Assembly (NCBI GenBank): GCA_044866005.1
Contig: JBIOTN010000176.1
Span: forward strand, 1-25,927
Direction: 5' to 3'
DNA from: Candidatus Rokuibacteriota bacterium
GTDB lineage: Bacteria > Methylomirabilota > Methylomirabilia > Rokubacteriales > DASRDR01
Length of the DNA: 25,927 bases
Shown here: positions 7,574-19,112 of the stretch, in pieces
Numbering within the stretch: the stretch's first letter is position 1
Layout: every line of letters begins with the position of its first letter
Notes under the pieces: model-generated
Told to the model about the DNA's origin: nothing
The model's database searches: none
The model's input: the letters and a program-made list of their open reading frames with translations, nothing else
Translations under genes and position numbers: made by a program

Positions 7574-9829
7574 CTAGAAGGGCGACCCCACCGAGAAGTT
7601 GATCTGTCCCGATCGCTCCCCCGTCTTCCGGTCGAGATTGTAGCCGTAGTCGAGGCGCAGCGGGCCGAGGGGAGAAAAGAACCGGATGCCCGCGCCGACC
7701 GTCAGCCGGAGGTCGGTCGGGTCGAACGCCTGGCCGAAGCCGTAGGCATTGCCCGCGTCGAAGAAGAGCGCGAACCGGATCCGCTGGAGGAGAGGGATCA
7801 AGAGCTCGGTGCTGAACAGGAGCTCCTTGTCCCCGCCGATCACCTCGCCCCTGGCGTCGCGCGGCGCCACGGAGCGCGTTCGCTGACCGCGCAGCGAGTT
7901 CGCCCCGCCGAGGAAGAACCGCTCGAAGAGCGGGACCTCCTCGCCGCCCCACCCCTGGACGACGCCCGCCAGGCCGCGCGCCGCGAAGACCCAGTCGAAG
8001 ATCGGCAGAGGCCAGAACCAGGCCGTCTCGCCCACCACCTTGACGAACCGCGTGTCCCCGCCGACGCCCGCGAAGGCGAAATCGATCGCGTGCCGGCTGC
8101 CGGACGAGGGCTCGAAGATGTTGTCCCGGGTGTCCCGTGAGAGCGACAGCTCGATCACGGAGTTGAGCTTGTCCCCGATCTGCTTCTTCAGCTCGTCGCT
8201 GGCGTCTTCCGCGATGTCGGTGATCGTCACGTTCTCCAGCCGATAGAGGCCCGACAGCGTCACGAATTCGGCGAGCGGATAGCTCGCACGGACGTCACCG
8301 CCGAGCCGCTCTTCCGTGAAGTCGTCGAACTCGCGCTCCCGGTCGTAGATGTCGAACCCGGCGCGGAGGGGGATGTCGAACAGGTACGGCTCCGTGAACC
8401 CGAGCTGCACCAGGCGGCTCCTGGCGCCGATGCGCAAGCGAAGCGACGCCTCCTGGCCGCGGCCGAAGAGGTTCCGCTGCGTGACGTCGATGGTCGCGAA
8501 CAGCTGGTCGAGGGAGCTGAAGCCCGCGCCGACGCTGAACACCCCGGTCGCGCGCTCCTTCACGTCGATGCTGACGATGACCTTGTCCGGGCTCAACCCC
8601 GGCTCCACCGAGGCGTTGACCTCCTCGAAGTACCCGAGGTTGAAGAGCCGCTGCCGGCTCCGGACGAGCTTCTGCTGGGTGAAGAGCTCGCCCTCCGCCA
8701 CGCGCAGCTCCCGCCGCAGCACCTTCTCCGAGCTCTTCGTGTTGCCGGTGATGTTGATGCGCTCGACGTAGACCTCCACCCCTTCCCGGATCGTGAAGGA
8801 GACGTCGATGCGCCGGGCCTCGGGCTGCGTCTCGGTGCCCGGCGTGACCTCGGCCCGGGCGCGCCCGATCTCCGAGTAGCGGTCGCCGATGGCCCGCACG
8901 CTCTGGCGAACGAGGCTGCGGTTGAAGACCTCGCCTTCCTTCACCTTGACCAGCGCGAGGATCTCGGCGTCCTTCAGCACCTCGTTCCCGGTGATCGTCA
9001 CGCGGCCGACCCGGAACTGGGGGCCCTCCACGACCTGCGTCCGCAAGGTGAGCTTGCCCCGGGCGAAGTCCGGCACCACCTCGTGGGATTCGATGCGGGC
9101 CTGGACGTAGCCGTTGTCCGCGTACAGGTTCAGGATGCGGTCGGCGTCCTCCTCGAAGACCTTCCGGTGGAGCTTGGAGAACGGAAGGATCCACAGCAGG
9201 CGCTCCTTGGTGGCCATGACCGCCTTGATCTGCCGGTCCGTCAGGGCCGCGTTCCCCTCGATGACGATCCGGTCGATGTACATCCGCTTGCCCTCGTCGA
9301 TCCGGAACACCACCCGGAGGTCGCCCTCCGGAGTGCGCTCGGTCCGGGGCGAGATCGTCACGCCGAAGAGGCCCTCGTCCTCGTACTTCTGGCGAATGGC
9401 CTCCGCCGCCCGCTGCACCTCCACGGGGTTGTAGAGCACGCCGACGCGGAGCGCGGCGGTCTCGCGGAGGTCCTCGGTCTTGAGCTCGGCGTTCCCCTCG
9501 AAGCCCACCTCCCGGACGAGCGGCCGCTCCACGACGACGAAGATCACGCGTACGCCGCCTTCGAACTCCTCCACCCGCACCTGGACGTCGTCGAAGAAGC
9601 CGAGGGCGAAGATGGCGCGCACGTCGTCCCGGAGGCCGGCGGGCGAGAACGGATCGCCGATCCTGGTCTGGACGCGGTTGAGGACGACGGGAGCCTGGAT
9701 CCGACGGTTGCCCTCGACGGCGAGGTCGCGCACGGTGGGGGTCGGGCGCTCCTGGCCGCGCGCGCAGGCGGGCCAGGCGAGGAGGAGGAGCACAAAAAAA
9801 ACGGAGAGACGTTTCCCTCCGTTCGCCAC
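7574..9829 (-). CDS. bamA: Outer membrane protein assembly factor BamA
   Basis: Signal peptide, five POTRA-like repeats (xEGN/TGN starts), QRNLFGRGQ, FTEPYLFD, FFDAGN, SPLGPLRLDYG and C-terminal Phe. GTG at 9829 has GGAGG 7 nt upstream; 9862 is an alternative start. Confidence 0.97.
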   Translation of the reverse strand: MANGGKRLSVFFVLLLLAWPACARGQERPTPTVRDLAVEGNRRIQAPVVLNRVQTRIGDPFSPAGLRDDVRAIFALGFFDDVQVRVEEFEGGVRVIFVVVERPLVREVGFEGNAELKTEDLRETAALRVGVLYNPVEVQRAAEAIRQKYEDEGLFGVTISPRTERTPEGDLRVVFRIDEGKRMYIDRIVIEGNAALTDRQIKAVMATKERLLWILPFSKLHRKVFEEDADRILNLYADNGYVQARIESHEVVPDFARGKLTLRTQVVEGPQFRVGRVTITGNEVLKDAEILALVKVKEGEVFNRSLVRQSVRAIGDRYSEIGRARAEVTPGTETQPEARRIDVSFTIREGVEVYVERINITGNTKSSEKVLRRELRVAEGELFTQQKLVRSRQRLFNLGYFEEVNASVEPGLSPDKVIVSIDVKERATGVFSVGAGFSSLDQLFATIDVTQRNLFGRGQEASLRLRIGARSRLVQLGFTEPYLFDIPLRAGFDIYDREREFDDFTEERLGGDVRASYPLAEFVTLSGLYRLENVTITDIAEDASDELKKQIGDKLNSVIELSLSRDTRDNIFEPSSGSRHAIDFAFAGVGGDTRFVKVVGETAWFWPLPIFDWVFAARGLAGVVQGWGGEEVPLFERFFLGGANSLRGQRTRSVAPRDARGEVIGGDKELLFSTELLIPLLQRIRFALFFDAGNAYGFGQAFDPTDLRLTVGAGIRFFSPLGPLRLDYGYNLDRKTGERSGQINFSVGSPF

Positions 9830-9896
9830 CGGTGCCCTCCCGTGACGGAGGCTCGCCCTCACCCGCCCCGCAGCATGTCGCAGGACGCGCGGTCGG

Positions 9897-12338
<2,442 letters not shown>

Positions 12339-12403
12339 GCTACCCTCCAGGCCCCTCTACCGCCCGGGAGCTCCACGTCGTCCCGGGGCCACGCTCCACC
12401 CTC

Positions 12404-12431
12404 ATGATACCCGAGGCCGGCCGGATGTCAC
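12404..12431 (-). promoter_or_regulatory. Candidate sigma70-type promoter for clpC and downstream genes
   Basis: Minus strand GTGACA-N16-TATCAT preceded by a T-tract (ATTTTTT); about 65 nt upstream of the clpC start. Confidence 0.55.
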
Positions 12432-12716
12432 GGAAAAAATCGCCCGACCCCGTGGGAACTTGCGCGGCAACGGCCCGATACCGTCCATCCGCCGACAACC
12501 GCGTCCACCAGTTCCAAGATGCGGGGCACCGGAGGCCTGCCGAGACCCGAGGCGAAGGATCACCACCGGGATGCGCCGCGCATCGGCCCGGCCCACGCCT
12601 CGACGACGTGCCGCCGGGCCGAGAAGCGAGCGGATCCAAGGACACGGAGAGGAGATCAAGAGGTGACTGCGCCGCAGGGGGAGGCAGGCCCGATGCGATC
12701 GCCGAAGGGCGAATGC

Positions 12717-12772
12717 CGCGGCTTTGCCGCGAGGGCCGTCGGAGGCGAACGAAGTCCCCCTCCGAAGAGAAG
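12717..12772 (-). repeat. REP-like palindromic element, copy 3 (after lolD stop)
   Basis: TAG-CTTCTCTT-CGGAGGGGG...CCTCCGA hairpin, then CGCGGC-AAA-GCCGCG. Confidence 0.6.
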
Positions 12773-13513
12773 CTACGCCTCGACGACGGCCCGGCCGTCC
12801 ACCAGCCGCACCAGCCGGTCGGCCCGCCGCGCGAGCTCCAGGTTGTGCGTCGCGATGACGAAGGTCGCGCCGCGCTCCGCCTGGAGGCGTCCGAAGAGCT
12901 CGAACACGCCCTCGCTCGTCTTCGGGTCGAGGTTCCCCGTCGGCTCGTCCGCCAGGATGAGCGCCGGTCGCGCGACGAGCGCACGCGCCAGGGCGACGCG
13001 CTGCTGCTCGCCGCCGGAGAGCTCGCCCGGCCGGTGCGCCATCCGCTCGGTGAGCCCGACGTCGCGGAGCGCGTCGAGGGCGTGCCGTCGCGCCTCGGCG
13101 AGCGGTCGGCGCTGGATCAAGGCCGGCAGCATCGCGTTCTCCAGCGCGGAAAACTCGGCCAGCAGGTTGTAGAGCTGGAAGACGAAGCCGACTTCGTGGC
13201 GGCGGAAGCGCGCCAGCTCGGCATCCCCGCGGGCGAAGAGATCGGCGCCGCGGAACAGGACGCGCCCGCCGGTCGGCCGGTCGAGGGCGCCCAGCAGGTG
13301 GAGCAGCGTGGACTTGCCGACGCCGGACGCGCCGACGATCGCCACCAGCTCGCCCGCGTGGACGGTGAGGTTCACGCCTTTGAGGACGCGCACCGCTTCC
13401 CCGCCCGCCCGGTACTCCTTCTCGAGCTGCTCGGCGATCACGAGCGGGGGCCGGTCGTGGTCCGGTCGCGGACCGTCGCCGGCGCCGGGACGCGGCACCG
13501 GCCCCTCATTCAT
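12773..13513 (-). CDS. lolD: Lipoprotein-releasing ABC transporter ATP-binding protein
   Basis: GASGVGKSTLL, LSGGEQQRVALARAL, LADEPTGNLD and ATHN; overlaps the end of lolC/E. Confidence 0.93.
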   Translation of the reverse strand: MNEGPVPRPGAGDGPRPDHDRPPLVIAEQLEKEYRAGGEAVRVLKGVNLTVHAGELVAIVGASGVGKSTLLHLLGALDRPTGGRVLFRGADLFARGDAELARFRRHEVGFVFQLYNLLAEFSALENAMLPALIQRRPLAEARRHALDALRDVGLTERMAHRPGELSGGEQQRVALARALVARPALILADEPTGNLDPKTSEGVFELFGRLQAERGATFVIATHNLELARRADRLVRLVDGRAVVEA

Positions 13514-14729
13514 AGCGAAGCACCTCGACGGGGTCGAGCCGCGCCGCTTGACGGGAGGGATAGAGCGTCGCCAGGAACGACAGGACCAGCGCGGAGAGCG
13601 CGATCAGGACCAGATCGGGCGGGTACATCCGCATGGGCAGCTCGGAGAGCTGGTAGACGTCTCCCGGGATCTTCACGATGTGGTAGGTCTCCTGGACGAC
13701 CCCGATGGTCACCCCGAGCGCGGTCCCCACGAGGGTTCCGACCAGGCCGATGAAGACGCCCTCGGCGATGAAGACCACCATGATGCTGCCCGCGCCGGCC
13801 CCGAGGGCCCGCAGGACGCCGATCTCCCGGCGCTTCTCGGCCACCATCAGGATCAGGTGGCTGATGATGGCGAACGCGGCGACGAAGATGATGAGGGTCA
13901 GGATCACGAACATCGCGGTCTTCTCGAGCTGGATCGCCGAGAAGAGGTTCCGGTTCATGTCCATCCAGTCGCGGGTCCAGTACGGAAACCCCAGCGTCTT
14001 CGTCAGATCCTGCGCCACCCGGCGCGCCCGGTAGACGTCGGCGATCCGGACCTCGATTCCCGAGACGCGGCCGCCGAGGTCCGCGAACCGCTGGGCGACG
14101 TCGAGCGACGTGTAGGCGAGCGCCGCATCGTACTCGTAGAGCCCGATCTCGAAGATCGCCACGACCCGGAACGGCCGCATCTTCGGGATCGTGCCCACCG
14201 CCGTCATCGCGCCCTGGGGCGAGATCGCGGTGATCGTCTGGCCCACGAAGACGCCCAGGCTCCGGGCCAGCTCCCGTCCCAGGGCGATGCCGGGCTCGGG
14301 GCCGGCGAGGTCGGCGAGGCTCCCCTGCTTCACCCGGCGCTCCAGGTCGGCGCGCCCCACCTCCGGGTCGATCCCGCGGAGGACGACGCCGGTCGCCGCG
14401 CCCTCGTGCGAGAGCATGACCTGCTGGAGGACGAACGGCGAGGCCGAGCGGACCTCGGGATGCCGTCGGATCGCGGCGAGGGCCCCCTCGACGTCGTCGA
14501 TCCCCTTCCCGGCGGCGTCCATGACCAGGATGTGGGCCGTCGTGCCGAGGATCTTCCCGCGCAGCTCCTCCTCGAACCCCGACATCACCGCCAGCACGAC
14601 GATCAGGGCCATGACGCCGAGGGCCATCCCGGCCATCGCGATCAGGGTCAGCAGGGAGAGGAAGCCGCGCCGCCCTTTCGAGCGCAGGTAGCGGAGGCCG
14701 ATCCAGAGCTCGAACGGCAGGGGCCTCAT
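13506..14729 (-). CDS. lolC: Lipoprotein-releasing ABC transporter permease (LolC/E family)
   Basis: FELWIGLRYLRS, ALIVVLAVMSGF, EKRREIGVLRALGA and ATLYPSRQAARLDPVEVLRYE. ATG at 14729 overlaps the lysS stop (ATGA). Confidence 0.93.
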   Translation of the reverse strand: MRPLPFELWIGLRYLRSKGRRGFLSLLTLIAMAGMALGVMALIVVLAVMSGFEEELRGKILGTTAHILVMDAAGKGIDDVEGALAAIRRHPEVRSASPFVLQQVMLSHEGAATGVVLRGIDPEVGRADLERRVKQGSLADLAGPEPGIALGRELARSLGVFVGQTITAISPQGAMTAVGTIPKMRPFRVVAIFEIGLYEYDAALAYTSLDVAQRFADLGGRVSGIEVRIADVYRARRVAQDLTKTLGFPYWTRDWMDMNRNLFSAIQLEKTAMFVILTLIIFVAAFAIISHLILMVAEKRREIGVLRALGAGAGSIMVVFIAEGVFIGLVGTLVGTALGVTIGVVQETYHIVKIPGDVYQLSELPMRMYPPDLVLIALSALVLSFLATLYPSRQAARLDPVEVLRYE

Positions 14730-16282
14730 GGGCCCTCCGCCTCGTGGCCGGCGGCCTCGCCCCCCGATCCCCCCTCGGGTCGGAGGAGCGGGAAGAGGAT
14801 CACCTCCCGGATCGACGCCTTGTCGGCGAAGAGCATGACCAGGCGGTCGATCCCCATCCCCTCCCCGGCGGTCGGCGGCAAGCCGTACTCCAGCGCCCGC
14901 ACGAAGTCCTCGTCGAGCCGGTGCGCCTCCTCGTCCCCCGCCTGGCGCGCGCGGAACTGGACCTCGAAGCGGCGGCGCTGCTCGAGAGGGTCGTTCAGCT
15001 CGGAGTAGGCGTTGGCCAGCTCCAGGCGGCCCACGAACAGCTCGAACCGGTCCACCAGCCGCGGGTCCTCCCGCTTCTGCTTCGCCAGCGGCGAGAGCTC
15101 GATCGGGAAGTCCACCACGAAGGTCGGCTGGACCAGCGTGGGCTCGACGAAGCTCTCGAAGACGTCCTTCCACATCTGGTAGCCGGGCGTCCGCGCCTCC
15201 CAGCGCCAGCTCGCCGGATCCACGCCGCGGTCCCGCGCCACCTCGAGGGCGCGGCGGCGGATCAGCTCGCTCTCCGCGAGCCCGGGCGGATCCACGCCGA
15301 GGACCCGGGCGACGGCGTCGAGGTACCGGAGGCGGCGCCAGGGCGGCGTCAGGTCGATCCGCGCGCCCTGGTACTCGAGGTGGGGCCCCCCGCGGAGCTG
15401 CTGGCCCAGGTCGACGAACAGCGCCTCGGTCAGCTCCATGAGGTCGCCGTAGTCGGCGTAGGCCTGGTAGAACTCCAGCATCGTGAACTCGGGGTTGTGC
15501 TCGGTCGAGACGCCCTCGTTGCGGAAGATGCGTCCGATCTCGTAGACGCGCTCGAAGCCCCCCACCACGAGCCGCTTGAGGTGGAGCTCGAGCGCGATCC
15601 GCAGGTAGAGCGGCAGGTCGAGCGCGTTGTGGTGCGTCTCGAACGGCCGCGCCGCGGCGCCCCCCGGCACGGCCTGCATGGTCGGCGTCTCCACCTCGAG
15701 GAAGCCGCGGGCGTCCAGGAACGCGCGGACCACCTGGATCAGCCGCGTCCGGAGCCGGAAGATTTCCCGCACGCCCGGATTCACCAGCAGGTCCACGTAC
15801 CGCTGCCGGTAGCGCGTCTCCACGTCGCGGAGCCCGTGCCACTTCTCGGGGAGCGGCCGGAGCGCCTTGGCGAGGAAGGACCACGCCTTGACCTGGACCG
15901 TCAGCTCGCCCGTCCGTGTCCGGAAGAGCTCGCCGGTCACGCCGACGAAGTCGCCGACGTCGAGCCCGGTGAAGCGCTCGTACTCGGGACCGAGGAGGTC
16001 CGCGCGCGCGTAGAGCTGGATCGTGCCGGTCCCGTCGAGCAGGTGGGCGAAGCAGGACCGCCCGTGGTGCCGGAGGGCCATGAGCCGCCCCGCGATGCTG
16101 ACCGGGCCCGCCCCCTTCAGCTCGTCCTCGCCCGCCCGGTCCCAGCGGGCGTGGAGCGGGCCCGCCCAGTGCGCCACCGGATAGCGCGCGCCGAAGGGAT
16201 CGACGCCGGCCGCCCGCAGGGCCGCCAGCTTGTCGTGCCGCCGGCGCACGGGCTCGCTGGCCGAGGGGGGAACGTCGCTCAC
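14726..16282 (-). CDS. lysS: Lysine--tRNA ligase (class II)
   Basis: RPLPEKWHGL, RYRQRYVDL, GGAAARPFETHHNAL, FRNEG, HNPEFTMLEFY, ELANAYSELNDP and GMGIDRLVM. Confidence 0.98.
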   Translation of the reverse strand: MSDVPPSASEPVRRRHDKLAALRAAGVDPFGARYPVAHWAGPLHARWDRAGEDELKGAGPVSIAGRLMALRHHGRSCFAHLLDGTGTIQLYARADLLGPEYERFTGLDVGDFVGVTGELFRTRTGELTVQVKAWSFLAKALRPLPEKWHGLRDVETRYRQRYVDLLVNPGVREIFRLRTRLIQVVRAFLDARGFLEVETPTMQAVPGGAAARPFETHHNALDLPLYLRIALELHLKRLVVGGFERVYEIGRIFRNEGVSTEHNPEFTMLEFYQAYADYGDLMELTEALFVDLGQQLRGGPHLEYQGARIDLTPPWRRLRYLDAVARVLGVDPPGLAESELIRRRALEVARDRGVDPASWRWEARTPGYQMWKDVFESFVEPTLVQPTFVVDFPIELSPLAKQKREDPRLVDRFELFVGRLELANAYSELNDPLEQRRRFEVQFRARQAGDEEAHRLDEDFVRALEYGLPPTAGEGMGIDRLVMLFADKASIREVILFPLLRPEGGSGGEAAGHEAEGP

Positions 16283-16385
16283 GGCACTGCCCTCGAACGC
16301 AAGGCCATCAGACCCGACGCCTATGCCGGGCCGCGACCCGAGCAGTGGTAAGACGCGGGGAGGAGACGGGCCGAGGCGTACTCGC

Positions 16386-17481
16386 TCACTTCGCGCCCGC
16401 GAACAGATACGCCTCGATGAACGGGTCGATCTCGCCGTCCATCACGGCCTCGACGTTGCCGACCTCGAGGTTGGTGCGGTGGTCCTTGATGAGCTGGTAG
16501 GGGGCGAAGATGTACGAGCGGATCTGGCTGCCGAAGGCGATCTCCTTCTTGTCCCCGGTCAGCCGCTCGAGCTCCGCCTTGCGCTCGGCGTCGGCGATCT
16601 GGTAGAGGCGGGCCCGCAGGACACGGAGCGCGGTGTCCCGGTTCCGAAGCTGCGAGCGCTCGTTCTGGCACGACACGACGATGCCGGTCGGCAGGTGCGT
16701 GACGCGGACCGCCGAATCGGCCGTGTTCACGCCCTGCCCGCCCGGGCCGGAGGAGCGGAACACGTCGATCCGGAGGTCCTCGTCGCGCACCACGACCTCG
16801 ACGTCCTCGACCTCGGGAATGACGGAGACCGAGGCGAACGAGGTGTGGCGGCGGCGCGCCGCGTCGAAGGGCGAGATCCGGACCAGCCGGTGCACGCCGG
16901 TCTCGCCCTTCAGGTGGCCGTACGCGTAGTCGCCGCTGACCGTGAGCGTCGCGGACTTGATCCCCGCCTCGTCCCCCGGCAGGACGTCCACGACCTCCAC
17001 CTTGTACCCGTGGCGCTCGGCCCACCGCGTGTACATCCGGAGGAGCATCTGGGCCCAGTCCTGGGACTCGGTGCCCCCGGCCCCGGCGTGGATGGAGACG
17101 ATCGCCTGCTTGCGGTCGTGCTCGCCCGAGAGGACGACGGCCAGCTCGAAGTCGTGGAAGGCTTGCTGGAGGCGCCGGAGGCCGTCCTGGATCTCGGGCT
17201 CGAGGCTCTCGTCCGCCTCCTCGAGCGCCATCTCCCACAGGAGCCGGAGCTCGGCGAGCTGGTGCGCGAGCTCGCCCGCGCGGCCGACCAGCCGGGTCAG
17301 CTCGGTGCGTTCGCGGACCAGCCCTTGCGCGCGCCGCGTATCGTCCCAGAAGCTCGGCGCGCCCATCTCGCGGTCGATCGCCGCCAGGCGCGCTTCTTTG
17401 GTGCCGAGGTCAAAGGTGCCCCCGGAGATCGTCGAGCCGACGCTCGAGGTCGGCGAAATCCCGTCGCAGCTCGCCGAGCAC
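16386..17481 (-). CDS. prfB: Peptide chain release factor 2, expressed via programmed +1 frameshift (about 364 aa)
   Basis: GTG at 17481 opens 23 codons (MLGELRRDFADLERRLDDLRGHL) ending CTT-TGA-C. The +1 frame continues into the ORF containing SPF (RISPFD) and GGQ (GPGGQGVN). Confidence 0.97.
17409..17424 (-). promoter_or_regulatory. prfB +1 frameshift cassette (internal SD-like GGGGG, 3-nt spacer, CTT TGA C)
   Basis: Minus strand reads CGGGGGCACCTTTGAC, matching the canonical AGGGGG-NNN-CTTTGAC layout. Confidence 0.95.
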
Positions 17482-17482
17482 G

Positions 17483-19051
17483 CTAGCTCCCGCCCGGGCC
17501 CGCGACCAGCCGCGCCGCCAGGGCGGCGGCCGTCAGCGCGCCACAGGCGTAGGCGAAGACGTCACCGACCCGCGTGTAGAACGTCTGCCCGACCCGGAGC
17601 GGCACGTCCACCTGCAGGAATCCCCGGCGCAACAGCCCCAGCTCCGGACCGATGCGGCCCGACGGATGGACGAGGGCCGAGACGCCGGTGTTCGCCGCGC
17701 GCGCGATGGCGATCCCGTTCTCCACCGCCCGCAGCGGCAGGGTGGCGAGATGCTGGAGGGGTCCCCCGGACTCCCCGAACCACGCGTCGTTCGTGATGTT
17801 GACCATGAAGCTCGCGCCCTCGACCACGAACTGCCGGAACAGGTTCGGGAAGATGACCTCGTAACAGATGACCGTCCCGAACGGCGCCCCCTCCAGGGGG
17901 AAGATCACCGGCTCCCGACCGGGGGTGAAGTCCCCGATGTCGGCGGCGATCGCCTCGACGAAGAACAAGAGCCGCTTCAGGGGCACGTACTCCCCGAACG
18001 GCACGAGATGCATTTTATCATAGCGGGCTTCGAGGCCTCCGCCCCGCACGAGAAACGCGCTGTTGAGGAATCGCGTCGCCGCCCCGTCGCGGCGCGCATC
18101 GGGCGCGCCGACGAGCAACGGCGCGCGGACATCGGCGGCCAGGTCGACGAGCCAGCCGAGCGCCCACGGCTCGAGCCGCACATACGCCGGCACCGCGGCC
18201 TCGGGCCAGACGACGAGCCGGCGGCCCGGGGCGGCCTCCCGGGTCAGCTCCGCGTAGATCCGGAGCGTCTCCTGCTGGAATGCCCTGTCCCACTTGATCG
18301 ACTGGGCGATGTTTCCCTGAACGAGCGCCACCGGCACGCTTCGCCCCTCCGCGGCTCCGGCCCGGGGCCACCCGGCGGCGAGCGTCCCGCCGACGGCGAG
18401 GACGGCGACCGCCGCGGCGAGCGCGACGGCCCGCCGCGTCCGGAGGACGAGCGTCCACGCGATGGCCGCGTTGACGAGCACGAGGAGGAACGAGACGCCG
18501 TAGACGCCGGTCCAGGCCGCGATCTGGATGAGCGGCAGCCGGCGGTAGGGGACGTAGCCGAGGAGACCCCAGGGAAAGCCCGCGAGCGCGTGCGTCCGCG
18601 CGAGCTCCCCGGCGACCCACAGGGCAGGCGCCAGCCAGAGCGCTCCCGGGCCGAGCGGCGCGCGGAGCCACGCGATGGCCCAGGCGACGCCGCCGACGTA
18701 GAGGGCGAGATAGCCGCCGAGGGCGAGGATCACCAGGGCCGCGAGCGGCCACCCCAGGCTCGAGAAGGTCGCCATCGTGTCGACGAGCCAGCGGAGGAGC
18801 GGCGCGAAGAAGGCCAGGCCCGCGACCCAGCCTTCCAGAAAGGCCCGGCCCGGCGAGGGCGCGGTGGCGGCGAGCGCGAGGACCGGCGCGAGGGCGAGCC
18901 AGCCGAGCAGGTCCCAGCCCGGCCGCGGATAGGCAAGGTGCAGGGCCAGGCCCGCCGCGGCGGCGATCAGCAGGCGCCGCGCGCCCTCCCCGCGCAGAAC
19001 TCCGACTCGTCGGCGAGGAAGCGACGCCCAACCTCGCTCAGAACCGCCCAC
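17483..19051 (-). CDS. lnt: Apolipoprotein N-acyltransferase
   Basis: Multi-TM N-terminus, GFPWGLLGY and VQGNIAQ; nitrilase triad motifs WPEAA, DKMHLVPFGEY and ICYE; ITNDAWFG and RAANTGVS. The start at GTG 19051 is inferred from the upstream GGAGG. Confidence 0.95.
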   Translation of the reverse strand: MGGSERGWASLPRRRVGVLRGEGARRLLIAAAAGLALHLAYPRPGWDLLGWLALAPVLALAATAPSPGRAFLEGWVAGLAFFAPLLRWLVDTMATFSSLGWPLAALVILALGGYLALYVGGVAWAIAWLRAPLGPGALWLAPALWVAGELARTHALAGFPWGLLGYVPYRRLPLIQIAAWTGVYGVSFLLVLVNAAIAWTLVLRTRRAVALAAAVAVLAVGGTLAAGWPRAGAAEGRSVPVALVQGNIAQSIKWDRAFQQETLRIYAELTREAAPGRRLVVWPEAAVPAYVRLEPWALGWLVDLAADVRAPLLVGAPDARRDGAATRFLNSAFLVRGGGLEARYDKMHLVPFGEYVPLKRLLFFVEAIAADIGDFTPGREPVIFPLEGAPFGTVICYEVIFPNLFRQFVVEGASFMVNITNDAWFGESGGPLQHLATLPLRAVENGIAIARAANTGVSALVHPSGRIGPELGLLRRGFLQVDVPLRVGQTFYTRVGDVFAYACGALTAAALAARLVAGPGGS

Positions 19052-19062
19052 CGTTCGGTCCT

Positions 19063-19112
19063 CCCCTCCGAGCGAGGATTCGGAGGGGCCGTCGAGGCCC
19101 CCGCCGATGTGC
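19063..19112 (-). repeat. REP-like palindromic element, copy 4 (phosphoesterase-lnt)
   Basis: TAG-GCACAT-CGGCGGGGGCC TCGAC GGCCCCTCCGA followed by a second TCGGAGGGG arm. Confidence 0.65.

Noticed and set aside
12455..12520. GGAAC motifs as ECF/sigmaE promoters upstream of clpC
   Set aside because: Spacing to the GTC/GTT elements does not match the 16-17 nt consensus.
12640..12775. Plus-strand resemblance to a lysine or glycine riboswitch (AGAGG...AAGAG...CGCCGAAG...GGCCGTC...GCTA)
   Set aside because: It faces the 3' end of lolD with no gene to regulate, the spacing and helices do not fit, and its 3' part is explained by the repeat element. An Rfam scan would settle it.
12340..12984. ORFs of 214, 85, 201 and 217 aa across the lolD-clpC gap
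   Set aside because: Arg/Pro/Ser-rich composition with no motif; most overlap real genes out of frame.
13506..15884. Apparent long N-terminal extensions or fusions in the ORF track (lolC 792 aa, oxidoreductase 493 aa, ribE 514 aa, ribD 441 aa, ftsY 517 aa, phosphoesterase 450 aa)
   Set aside because: The extensions are alternative frames of the upstream gene. Real starts coincide with the upstream stop codons.
16386..17481. prfB as a frameshifted pseudogene
   Set aside because: The break is the canonical programmed CTT-TGA-C site.
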